Positions 37,643 to 45,579 of a stretch of DNA of 64,000 nucleotides are shown here, piece by piece (position 1 is the first letter of the stretch; each line of letters starts with the position of its first letter). Source of the stretch: an uncultured Hyphomicrobiales bacterium (GTDB lineage: Bacteria; Pseudomonadota; Alphaproteobacteria; Rhizobiales; CAZSNL01). The notes beneath the pieces are model-generated. The model did no database searches and was not told the origin of the DNA. It saw only the letters and a list, made by a program, of their open reading frames with translations. Where the stretch lies: positions 8,265 through 72,264 of the forward strand of contig CAZSNL010000004.1 of the NCBI GenBank assembly GCA_964608275.1, given 5' to 3'. The translations under genes were made by a program, and so were the position numbers.

Positions 37643-39067
37643 TCACTGTTGCGGTTGAACCGTGCGTGCAGTTTCCGCTCCTTCGGGGACCTGGTCAGCC
37701 GGTGTGATGCGCCACAGCGCCCCCGGCGGGTTCTGGTCAGGACCCTGATCGGCGAGATAGAAGTTGTTCGCACTCACCGCGTAAACCATTCCATCCTCAC
37801 CGACATTTCCGGCCGTGAACTGGAGGTCTGTCTGGACGAGTTCCTGGAACTGCCAGGCTGACCCATCCCAGGCGAGGCCGAATACCCGGCCCGAGCACCA
37901 GTCGCCGGCCAGATACACGCCGTCCATTCCGCCATACCTCGCGACGCCAAGCCCCTGGACGGAGCACCCCCATCCATCCTCGAGTTCCGGGCCTCCCGGA
38001 TACGCGGTCTGATGGGGGTACTGAGCCGCCGGAAGAACGCCGAACGGTTCGCAGTTGAGACCCTCCTCGCCAGTCAGCGGGTGACAGTGCGTTCCCATGC
38101 GCTTTGCCCACCCGTAGTTTTCACCGCCTCTGCTGTCGGCTGGCTGGAAGTTGATCTCTTCCCAGTGGTTCTGGCCGACGTCCGCAATATAGAGATCGCC
38201 GGTTTCGGGATCGAAGTGGATCATGTAGGGATTGCGTACGCCATAAGCCCAGATTTCCGGCAGGGCCCTGACCTTGATCCGTCCGAATTCCTCCTCGGTG
38301 ATGCCGAAGAGGACCATGAGACGTTCCTTCGAGGCTTCGACAAACGGATTGTCGGGAGGAATGTCGTAAGCCCTGTTGTCGTCGTCCACGTCGACGTCGA
38401 TCCTGAGCAGCTTGCCCAGGCGCGTGCTGAGGTCCTGACCGGCCTCGAGCGGATCGCCCTCCCAGCCGCCATCTCCGGAGGTGATGTAGAGGTATCCGTC
38501 GGGACCAAAAGCGATCGTGCCACCGTTGTGGTTGTAGTACGGTTGCTCGATCCGCATGATCACCTTGGCGGTTTCGTTGGTGCGTTCGGGCGTGAGCGAA
38601 TCCGGACTCTCGGGATCGACCTGGAACCGCACGATCATGCCGTCGCCATTGAACGGCAACGACGCGTAGTGCACGAAGAAGTAGCCGTTCTCACTGAAGT
38701 TGGGGTGAAAGGCGATCGAGTAGAGCCCCTGCTCGACAAACCCGGTCTGCACGTCCGAACCGAGCGGATTGATGTTGGTGAGATCCAGGAATGGTTGCTC
38801 CTGGACGTTCCCGTCCTTGTCGACGACGCGGACACGGCCGGCGCGTTCGACCACGAACAGTCTGCCGGACCCGTCGCCGGCGGCCGCGACACCCACCGGG
38901 TCGGCAAAACCTTCGGCCACCTTCACCAGAGCAATCTGCGGATTGCCGGGGATCGTGCCACCCGGCTCAGCCACCTGATCGTTGCTTTGAGGAACTTCCT
39001 GTGCGCTCGCCAAGGAGGTGAACAGCACCAGAGCAGCGGCGCCGCACAAACTCGTACACCACTTCAT
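37643..39067 (-). CDS. PQQ-dependent soluble sugar (glucose/sorbosone-type) dehydrogenase
   Basis: It has a signal peptide. HNGGTIAFGPDGYLYITSGDGG and GVRNPY...DIGQN-like blocks are typical of beta-propeller sugar dehydrogenases. Confidence 0.8.
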   Translation of the reverse strand: MKWCTSLCGAAALVLFTSLASAQEVPQSNDQVAEPGGTIPGNPQIALVKVAEGFADPVGVAAAGDGSGRLFVVERAGRVRVVDKDGNVQEQPFLDLTNINPLGSDVQTGFVEQGLYSIAFHPNFSENGYFFVHYASLPFNGDGMIVRFQVDPESPDSLTPERTNETAKVIMRIEQPYYNHNGGTIAFGPDGYLYITSGDGGWEGDPLEAGQDLSTRLGKLLRIDVDVDDDNRAYDIPPDNPFVEASKERLMVLFGITEEEFGRIKVRALPEIWAYGVRNPYMIHFDPETGDLYIADVGQNHWEEINFQPADSRGGENYGWAKRMGTHCHPLTGEEGLNCEPFGVLPAAQYPHQTAYPGGPELEDGWGCSVQGLGVARYGGMDGVYLAGDWCSGRVFGLAWDGSAWQFQELVQTDLQFTAGNVGEDGMVYAVSANNFYLADQGPDQNPPGALWRITPADQVPEGAETARTVQPQQ

Positions 39068-39109
39068 GTCGTCCTCCCATGTTTGCCGGAATATCCGGGT
39101 ACGGAACAG

Positions 39110-39523
39110 TTATATTCGGCGCTCCCGTGGCGCCGAACGAGACAACGATCCGGCGGCTGTCCGGTTCCTGACGCGACCTCTGCCGGAGAAAGCAATCATG
39201 GCGACCACCGCAATCATCAACGTCGACAGCATCAGGCCCATGCCTTCGCGTGCCGGCTCGTCGTTCCACCAAACGTCAGTGTGCCACCAACCTGCGGTAG
39301 TTGGCCAGAACACGAAGGTCGCAGCAATGAAGGTGATCAGGCTGCCGGCGAGAAGGCTGCGCATGACGGTGCCGTGGAGCCTGTCCGGAGCGACGGTGGC
39401 AAGGCCTGCCCATGCTGCCGGTATGCCATACGCAAGCATCCAGAACGGACCGTCGGGATCGTTGTACTGGAGCACTGCAAACAGCAGCATGACTAGGAAG
39501 AAGGTGGCCGTGACATAGCGCAT
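39110..39523 (-). CDS. TMEM220-family small membrane protein
   Basis: 137 aa with four TM helices and the LQYNDPDGPFW motif, which I associate with the transmembrane family 220. Confidence 0.55.
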   Translation of the reverse strand: MRYVTATFFLVMLLFAVLQYNDPDGPFWMLAYGIPAAWAGLATVAPDRLHGTVMRSLLAGSLITFIAATFVFWPTTAGWWHTDVWWNDEPAREGMGLMLSTLMIAVVAMIAFSGRGRVRNRTAAGSLSRSAPRERRI

Positions 39524-39644
39524 GATGCGCTCGATTCCTCTGCCAGACCGGACCGGATGATTGTCTCCGGTCAGCTACAGCATATAGTTGAACCAGCAGG
39601 CTCGCAAAATGTTTCACGAGCCGGGGCGTCATTGGAGATGGTTC

Positions 39645-40850
39645 ATGGGTGCCACAGAGGGTTTGCCGACTGACAGTCGGTTCGGCACGACGGTGGAGTG
39701 CCAGCGCTTCGCCGTGGAGTACGCGTTCCCGGTGGCCTTCACCGAGCGGATGTTCGACCCGGAGAACCCGATTCTCGCCGAGGCTGTGTCGCGCCTGGAA
39801 CCGGCCAAGTGCCATCGCTGCATCGTCTTTGTCGATGACGGACTGCTCGCCGCCCGGCCTTCGTTGTCAGGCGAGATCACCGACTACATGGCACGGCACG
39901 CCGAGCGGATGAGCCTCGTTGCAGCGCCTATCCCGATCCCCGGCGGCGAACGGGTGAAGGTCGAACTCCATTTCGTCGAACAGATGCAGCGAATGCTGTT
40001 CGACCATCACCTCGATCGTCACTCGTTCGTAATTGGTATCGGTGGCGGTGCCCTGCTCGATGCCGTCGGACTGGTGGCGGCCACCACGCACCGTGGGATC
40101 CGTCACGTCCGGGTACCGACGACGGTTCTGTCGCAGAACGACTCCGGCGTCGGGGTGAAGAACGGGGTCAACCTGTACGACCAGAAGAACTTCGTCGGTA
40201 CGTTTGCTCCTCCTTTCGCGGTGGTGAACGACCTCGATCTGCTCGACACGCTGCCGCCACGGGACAAGATCGCGGGCATGGCGGAGGCGGTAAAGGTGGC
40301 GCTGATCCGCGACGCGGAGTTCTTCGAGTGGCTGGAGCGTCACGCCGACGATCTCGTGGTTTTCGAGCGCTCTGCCATGAGGCACATGATCCGCCGTTGT
40401 GCGGAGTTGCACATGCAACAGATCGCACGCGGCGGCGATCCGTTTGAGACCGGCAATGCGAGACCTCTCGATTTCGGCCACTGGGCCGCGCACCGGCTGG
40501 AAGTGTTGACACGCTATCATCTTCGCCATGGCGAGGCGGTCGCAATCGGCATCGCGCTTGATACCCGCTACTCCGTACTTGCCGGTCTCCTCGACCCCGG
40601 GGTCGACCTGCGGGTCGTCTGTCTGCTCGAACATCTCGGCTTCAAATGCTGGCATCCGGCTCTCGACCGCAAGACGCCGGACGGACGGCATGCGGTGCTT
40701 TCCGGGCTCGAGGAATTTCGCGAACACCTCGGCGGCGAGCTGACACTCACGCTGCTCACGGCGCCGGGCGTGGGTGTCGAGGTCCACGAGATGCGCGAGG
40801 AACTGATCGTGCAGGCGCTCGATTGGCTGCGGGCGAGGCACAACAGCTGA
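39645..40850 (+). CDS. 3-dehydroquinate synthase-fold sugar-phosphate cyclase (EboD-like)
   Basis: ORF 39588 (TTG)..40850; I chose the ATG at 39645, which lies 6 nt after GGAGA. It has GGGALLDAVGLVAATTHRGIRHVRVPTTVLSQNDSGVGVKNG (nucleotide/phosphate binding) and LDFGHWAAHRLE...HGEAVAIGIALD (metal ligands). Confidence 0.75.
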   Translation: MGATEGLPTDSRFGTTVECQRFAVEYAFPVAFTERMFDPENPILAEAVSRLEPAKCHRCIVFVDDGLLAARPSLSGEITDYMARHAERMSLVAAPIPIPGGERVKVELHFVEQMQRMLFDHHLDRHSFVIGIGGGALLDAVGLVAATTHRGIRHVRVPTTVLSQNDSGVGVKNGVNLYDQKNFVGTFAPPFAVVNDLDLLDTLPPRDKIAGMAEAVKVALIRDAEFFEWLERHADDLVVFERSAMRHMIRRCAELHMQQIARGGDPFETGNARPLDFGHWAAHRLEVLTRYHLRHGEAVAIGIALDTRYSVLAGLLDPGVDLRVVCLLEHLGFKCWHPALDRKTPDGRHAVLSGLEEFREHLGGELTLTLLTAPGVGVEVHEMREELIVQALDWLRARHNS

Positions 40851-42040
40851 TGCGCATAGGTGGATGTCCAGTCCAGCACCTCACCTATTGCACCAATATC
40901 CATTCGGCAGAGTCCTGGGCCGAAACGCGAGACGCTCTCGCTCGCCATCTGCCAGCAATCAAGGCAGCAGTGTCGCCGAATGCGCCAATGGGTGTAGGCC
41001 TCAGGCTTTCAGCCGCTTCCGCGGAAGAGCTCGCCATGCCGAATGCCTTCGGTTCACTGCAGGCACTGCTCGAAGCGACGGAGACCTATGTCTTCACGAT
41101 AAACGGCTTCCCCTACGGCGCCTTCCACGGGACACGGGTCAAGGAACAGGTCTACGCTCCAGACTGGGCCACGCCCGAGCGGCGGGCCTATACCGGATGC
41201 TTGGCCGAACTGCTCGTGAAACTGCTATCGCCCGACTGCAACGGCAGCATCAGCACGGTTCCCGGAACGTTCAAGCCTTGGGCGGACGGACGCATCGGAC
41301 GCATCGTGGACAACCTGATCGACCAGGCGGTACACCTTGCGCGACTTGCGGAGGAGACCGGCCGGACCGTGACACTGGCGCTCGAACCGGAACCATGTTG
41401 CCTGCTTGAGACCATCTCGGAAACGGTTCGGTTTTTCGAAGACCACCTCTACTCGCGTACGGCGGTGGCGGGCTTTGGCAAGCGTACCGGGCTTTCCGGG
41501 GCAGTGGCTGAAGAGGCCCTCAGGCGGCATCTCGGTGTGTGTTACGACGTCTGCCATGCGGCAGTCGAATTCGAGGATCCGAGCGAAAGCCTGGATGCTC
41601 TGCGGAGTGCCGGTATTGAGGTCAGCAAGCTTCAATTGAGCTCGGCCCTGCGGATCCCGAACGTGAACGAGGATGCCGTCAGGCAGCTCTCGTCATTCGA
41701 TGAGCCAACCTATCTGCATCAGGTGGTCGAGAGCGGCGTGCAGGGCATGAGGCGCTACCAGGATCTGGCCGACGCGTTGTCGCAGGCAGACAGGGCAACG
41801 GGTACGGAATGGCGAGTCCACTTCCACCTGCCGATATTCCTTGCGGAAACGGAAGCATTCTCGACCACGCAATCCTTCCTGCGCGAGGTACTGAGATTGC
41901 ACCGCCATCGCCCGATCTCACCGCATCTTGAGGTCGAAACCTACACATGGGAGGTCCTGCCGGAGGGATACAAGACCGGCGGGGTATCGGAGGCTATCGC
42001 GCGCGAGCTCCAATGGGTCAGGCACGAGCTTTCCCAATGA
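40850..42040 (+). CDS. eboE: TIM-barrel (xylose-isomerase-like) protein of the EboE type
   Basis: The ATG at 40850 shares one nt with the upstream TGA. HLTYCTNIHSAESW...GVGLRLS...VFTINGFPYGAFH...VKEQVYAPDW...LEPEP...VCYDVCH...HFHLPIF is the pattern I recognise from EboE proteins. Size is about 396 aa. Confidence 0.7.
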   Translation: MRIGGCPVQHLTYCTNIHSAESWAETRDALARHLPAIKAAVSPNAPMGVGLRLSAASAEELAMPNAFGSLQALLEATETYVFTINGFPYGAFHGTRVKEQVYAPDWATPERRAYTGCLAELLVKLLSPDCNGSISTVPGTFKPWADGRIGRIVDNLIDQAVHLARLAEETGRTVTLALEPEPCCLLETISETVRFFEDHLYSRTAVAGFGKRTGLSGAVAEEALRRHLGVCYDVCHAAVEFEDPSESLDALRSAGIEVSKLQLSSALRIPNVNEDAVRQLSSFDEPTYLHQVVESGVQGMRRYQDLADALSQADRATGTEWRVHFHLPIFLAETEAFSTTQSFLREVLRLHRHRPISPHLEVETYTWEVLPEGYKTGGVSEAIARELQWVRHELSQ

Positions 42041-42909
42041 GACCCGCGGTTGCTCTGCGGCTCGGCCGTGTCTCGAACCTGCCCACGGTTTGGACCAACG
42101 TGCTTGCCGGCATGGTCTTGTCCGGCCATGCCGTTGCCGACTGGCGACTGGCTGGCACGCTAGTCGCCGTGTCGCTCGCCTATGTCGGCGGCATGTATCT
42201 CAATGACGCCTTCGATGCCGAGGTGGATGCCCTCGAACGTCCGCATCGGCCGATCCCCTCGGGCGAGGCAAGCCGCAACGCGGTATTCGCGATCGGCTTA
42301 GCACTGCTCGCAACACACATCCTGTTGCTGGCTGTCGTCGGATACGTTCCAGCTGGCGGCACCGGCAGCCCGCCGGTCCTCGCGGGCCTCGCCCTCGCCG
42401 CGGCAATTGTCATCTACGACCGGTGGCACAAGGCCAATCCCCTGAGCACGGTGGTGATGGGACTGTGCCGCGTTCTGGTCTACGTCATAGCGGGCTACAG
42501 TGTGGCCGACACGTTGCCCGAGGCCCTGTGGTTCGGCGCTGCGATGTTGCTCTGCCATCTCATCGGTCTCAGCTATGCAGCGAGGCAGGAAACACTGGCG
42601 CGCGTGGAGAACCTGTGGCCGCTAGTTTTGCTGGCGGTGCCGCTGATGTACGGAATGTGGCTGGTCTTCACCGACGTCACGGTCCTGCCGTTCTGGGTCG
42701 CGCTCGTGGTCGTCGTGGTATACGCGGTGCACATTCTGGTCCGAGGCGCCCGCGGCACCGTGCCGATGGCGGTCGTGACGCTCATTGCGGGCATATCTCT
42801 CGTGGATTCCATGCTGATCGCCGCTTCGGGCCATCTGTGGTGGGCGGTAATAGCGGCCGCCGGTTTCGGCCTGACGGTCCTCCTGCAACGCTACGTGCCA
42901 GGGACCTGA
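42037..42909 (+). CDS. eboC: UbiA-superfamily prenyltransferase of the EboC type
   Basis: The start forms an ATGA overlap with the eboE stop. It has about 8-9 TM helices. The first Asp-rich motif is YLNDAFDAEVD. Its context is next to the EboE and DHQS-like genes. Confidence 0.7.
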   Translation: MRPAVALRLGRVSNLPTVWTNVLAGMVLSGHAVADWRLAGTLVAVSLAYVGGMYLNDAFDAEVDALERPHRPIPSGEASRNAVFAIGLALLATHILLLAVVGYVPAGGTGSPPVLAGLALAAAIVIYDRWHKANPLSTVVMGLCRVLVYVIAGYSVADTLPEALWFGAAMLLCHLIGLSYAARQETLARVENLWPLVLLAVPLMYGMWLVFTDVTVLPFWVALVVVVVYAVHILVRGARGTVPMAVVTLIAGISLVDSMLIAASGHLWWAVIAAAGFGLTVLLQRYVPGT

Positions 42910-42997
42910 TCGCGGTCCCGGCGTGCCAAACTCCCTTATGTTCTTTCCCGGCTCCGGTTAGACTGCGCCAAACCGAATCCATCCCGGAGACCGACCA

Positions 42998-44629
42998 ATG
43001 CGGTGGTGCACTCCCGTTCTCGCACTAGTCTTCCTGCTCTGCACGCCTGACGTACTGCCCGTTGCCGCCCAGGACAACCCGAAGCTCGTGGCGCGGGAAC
43101 TGGAAAAGATCATCGAAACTGGCGAAGTGGTAATCGGACTGGAGGACGACGACGACCGTCTGGTGCAGGTGTTCACCTTCTATGAGGAGCGGAACTACAC
43201 GCCGATGTGGGTGCGAGACAGCGGTCCCAAGCACAAGGCGCACGACTTCCTCGATGTGATCAAGAGCAGCGATGGAGATGGACTGGTACCGGAAGACTAC
43301 CGGGTGAGCGACATCGAGCCACGCATGTCAAGCCGCGATCCGCGTGCACTCGCGGAGCTTGAGATCCTGTTGACGCGCGGCCTGCTCGACTTCGGACGTG
43401 ACATGAGCGCCGGCCGCGTCGAGCCGAACGAGGTCAACAGCGAGGTGCACGTATTTCCGCAATCGACAGGCGCCCTGAACCTGCTGGAAGGGATCGAGGT
43501 TGCCGACGACATTGCTCCGTTCGTTGCGAGCCTGGCACCGCAGACCCCCCGCTACGACCGTCTGAAGGTCAAGCTCGCCGAATTGCGGCAGCAGGCCAAG
43601 ATGGGTGGCTGGACGATCGTTCCCGATGGCGAAACACTGAAACCGGGAATGCGCGATGCCCGCCTGCCCGCAATCCGGCAGCGACTGATCGAAGGCGGGG
43701 ATCTGGATCCCGACAGCGAGGTCGGGGATGTGTACGACGGCGTGATCGTCGCCGCGGTGAAGAACTTCCAGTACCGCCACGGACTCGACGAGGACGGGGT
43801 GATAGGCCCGGCAACACTGGCGGAAATGAACGTCCCGATCGAGCACAGGATCGAACAGATCCGGCTCAACATGGAGCGGCGGCGCTGGATGGCCGACGAT
43901 CTCGGCGACCCGCACGTGTTCGTGAACCTCGCGGACCAGTATCTGAAGGTCGTGAAGCTCGAGGGTGATCGCGAACGAACCATCCACACGGCACTGACGG
44001 TGGTTGGCAAGCCATACCACCGCACGCCGGTATTCCAGGAAACACTGGAATACCTCGAGTTCAACCCGTACTGGAACGTGCCGCCGTCGATCGCGCGCAA
44101 CGAATTCCTGCCTGAGCTGAAGCGGGATCCCGGATATCTCAAGCGCCAGAACATTCGCATCTTCGCGGCTTCGGGAGAGGTCGACCCCTACGCCGTCAAC
44201 TGGAATGCGATTTCCGGCAGCGTCCCCTATTCCATGCGCCAGGACCCCGGGCCATGGAATGCTCTGGGACAGGTAAAGTTCATGTTCCCCAACAAGTTCA
44301 ACGTGTACATTCACGACACGCCGGCCAAGGGCCTGTTCTCACGTTCGACACGCACCTTCAGCCATGGCTGCATCAGGGTACAGGATCCGCAGGAACTCGC
44401 GCGCGTGATCCTCGGCCTCGACGGGATGAGCCGCGAGCAGGTCGATGCCTACTTCGCTTCACCGGAACGCCGCGTGGTCCGTCTGAAGCGCCCCATTCCG
44501 GTGCACATCACCTATCTCACCGCATGGGTGAACAAGGACATGAGCGTCCATTTCCGCAAGGATATCTATGGGCGGGACGAACAACTCGCCAAGGCGCTGG
44601 CACGCTCGCACCGAATCGTCCGGAATTGA
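42998..44629 (+). CDS. Murein L,D-transpeptidase (YcbB-like: PG-binding domain plus YkuD domain)
   Basis: It has a signal peptide, the PG_binding_1 motif VKNFQYRHGLDEDGVIGPATLAEMN and the catalytic FSHGCIRV. Confidence 0.85.
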   Translation: MRWCTPVLALVFLLCTPDVLPVAAQDNPKLVARELEKIIETGEVVIGLEDDDDRLVQVFTFYEERNYTPMWVRDSGPKHKAHDFLDVIKSSDGDGLVPEDYRVSDIEPRMSSRDPRALAELEILLTRGLLDFGRDMSAGRVEPNEVNSEVHVFPQSTGALNLLEGIEVADDIAPFVASLAPQTPRYDRLKVKLAELRQQAKMGGWTIVPDGETLKPGMRDARLPAIRQRLIEGGDLDPDSEVGDVYDGVIVAAVKNFQYRHGLDEDGVIGPATLAEMNVPIEHRIEQIRLNMERRRWMADDLGDPHVFVNLADQYLKVVKLEGDRERTIHTALTVVGKPYHRTPVFQETLEYLEFNPYWNVPPSIARNEFLPELKRDPGYLKRQNIRIFAASGEVDPYAVNWNAISGSVPYSMRQDPGPWNALGQVKFMFPNKFNVYIHDTPAKGLFSRSTRTFSHGCIRVQDPQELARVILGLDGMSREQVDAYFASPERRVVRLKRPIPVHITYLTAWVNKDMSVHFRKDIYGRDEQLAKALARSHRIVRN

Positions 44630-44698
44630 GGGAGTTGGTCTACACGCCGTTCGAACGCTTAATATTCCGGCAGCGCGTCCCGGAGACCGTTCGTTTTC

Positions 44699-45097
44699 CT
44701 AACCGTGGATGCTGATCCATGCCTCAATCTGTGTCTTGAGGGTGTGGAGCATCATTTCGTAATCGCCTGGCCATTCTGAAATTGCCATTGCCCTAACTTC
44801 TTCGAGGACATAGCCGGGAACCGCTGGATCGTGAAATTCAAGGAATGCACGGGCCGATTGCATTTGCTGCTCGAAAGTATAGAGCTGCATGTAGTAGTCT
44901 GTCGGCCAGTCGGAGGTCGCCTTAGCAAGACAGTTCGTGGTTATTTCGTCGGTGTGATCCCTTGCTGAAAAGCTCGTCAGTCGCAAATAGGCTTCGGATT
45001 GCTCCTTAATGACATGAACCTGCATCGAGTAGTCGCCCGGCCATTCCTGCGCCGCTCGAGTCTGAATTTTGCGCTTCACGTCGGCAGGTATCTGCAT
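44699..45097 (-). CDS. Hypothetical protein built from three 45-aa tandem repeats ([ED]WP[GT]DYxM core)
   Basis: 132 aa. GAGGTG lies 4 nt upstream of the ATG. The W-P dipeptides at residues 19-20, 64-65 and 109-110 are spaced exactly 45 aa apart. It lies in a ~51% GC islet. Confidence 0.6.
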   Translation of the reverse strand: MQIPADVKRKIQTRAAQEWPGDYSMQVHVIKEQSEAYLRLTSFSARDHTDEITTNCLAKATSDWPTDYYMQLYTFEQQMQSARAFLEFHDPAVPGYVLEEVRAMAISEWPGDYEMMLHTLKTQIEAWISIHG

Positions 45098-45122
45098 GAT
45101 GCACCTCGCGCAAGCGGATGGG

Positions 45123-45139
45123 TGAGATGCCGCATCTCA
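45123..45139. promoter_or_regulatory. Perfect 17-bp palindrome TGAGATGC-C-GCATCTCA, 26-42 nt upstream of the repeat-protein start
   Basis: I read it directly from the sequence; all 8 arm positions pair. Its role (operator or 5'-UTR hairpin) is inferred. Confidence 0.35.
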
Positions 45140-45185
45140 TGTTGCGAGTGTTACTAAAATCCCTTGGAAAATCAAGCAACGGCGA

Positions 45186-45220
45186 GCGTTATGATAGAAC
45201 CCCGGATGCGTTATGATAGA
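45186..45220. repeat. Direct repeat GCGTTATGATAGA x2 (45186-45198 and 45208-45220, 22-bp period)
   Basis: I read two exact 13-nt copies directly from the sequence. They lie in the AT-rich intergenic region between the repeat-protein gene and moaD. Confidence 0.5.
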
Positions 45221-45327
45221 GGTTAAGATGCCAATGTTCCGTGTATCTAACCGATACAACTCAAAAATCCGGAACTTTAACTTGCTTAGCGCCGTCTCCG
45301 GTAATGGTCCGTCGCTCCCGATACCGA

Positions 45328-45579
45328 CTAGCCCCCGGTTACCGGAGGGAAGAAGGCGACTTCACGGGCACCGCGGATCGATGCATCGAGACGACTGTGC
45401 GTCTGATCGACTGCGGCCCGGATGGTCCTGAGGTCTTCAAACGCGTGCGCGTACTCGGGACCGCGCGCCTTCAGCCAGTCGATCAGGTCGGCAACGGTTT
45501 CGGCGTCTTCTGGCGGCGTGATGACTTCCTCGGCCTTGCCTGTCTTCTGGCGAACCCACGCGAAATACAGAACCTTCAT
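45328..45579 (-). CDS. moaD: Molybdopterin synthase sulfur-carrier subunit MoaD
   Basis: 83 aa with a ubiquitin-like pattern and a C-terminal FFPPVTGG. It overlaps the pgsA stop by 4 nt. Confidence 0.85.
   Translation of the reverse strand: MKVLYFAWVRQKTGKAEEVITPPEDAETVADLIDWLKARGPEYAHAFEDLRTIRAAVDQTHSRLDASIRGAREVAFFPPVTGG

Noticed and set aside
44679-45301. An 8-bp inverted match (CCGGAGAC at 44679-44686, GTCTCCGG at 45294-45301) flanking the low-GC islet, considered as a mobile-element terminal repeat.
   Set aside because: Only 8 nt match. The next positions mismatch, and the match is GC-rich and short enough to arise by chance. I see no transposase, integrase or target-site duplication.
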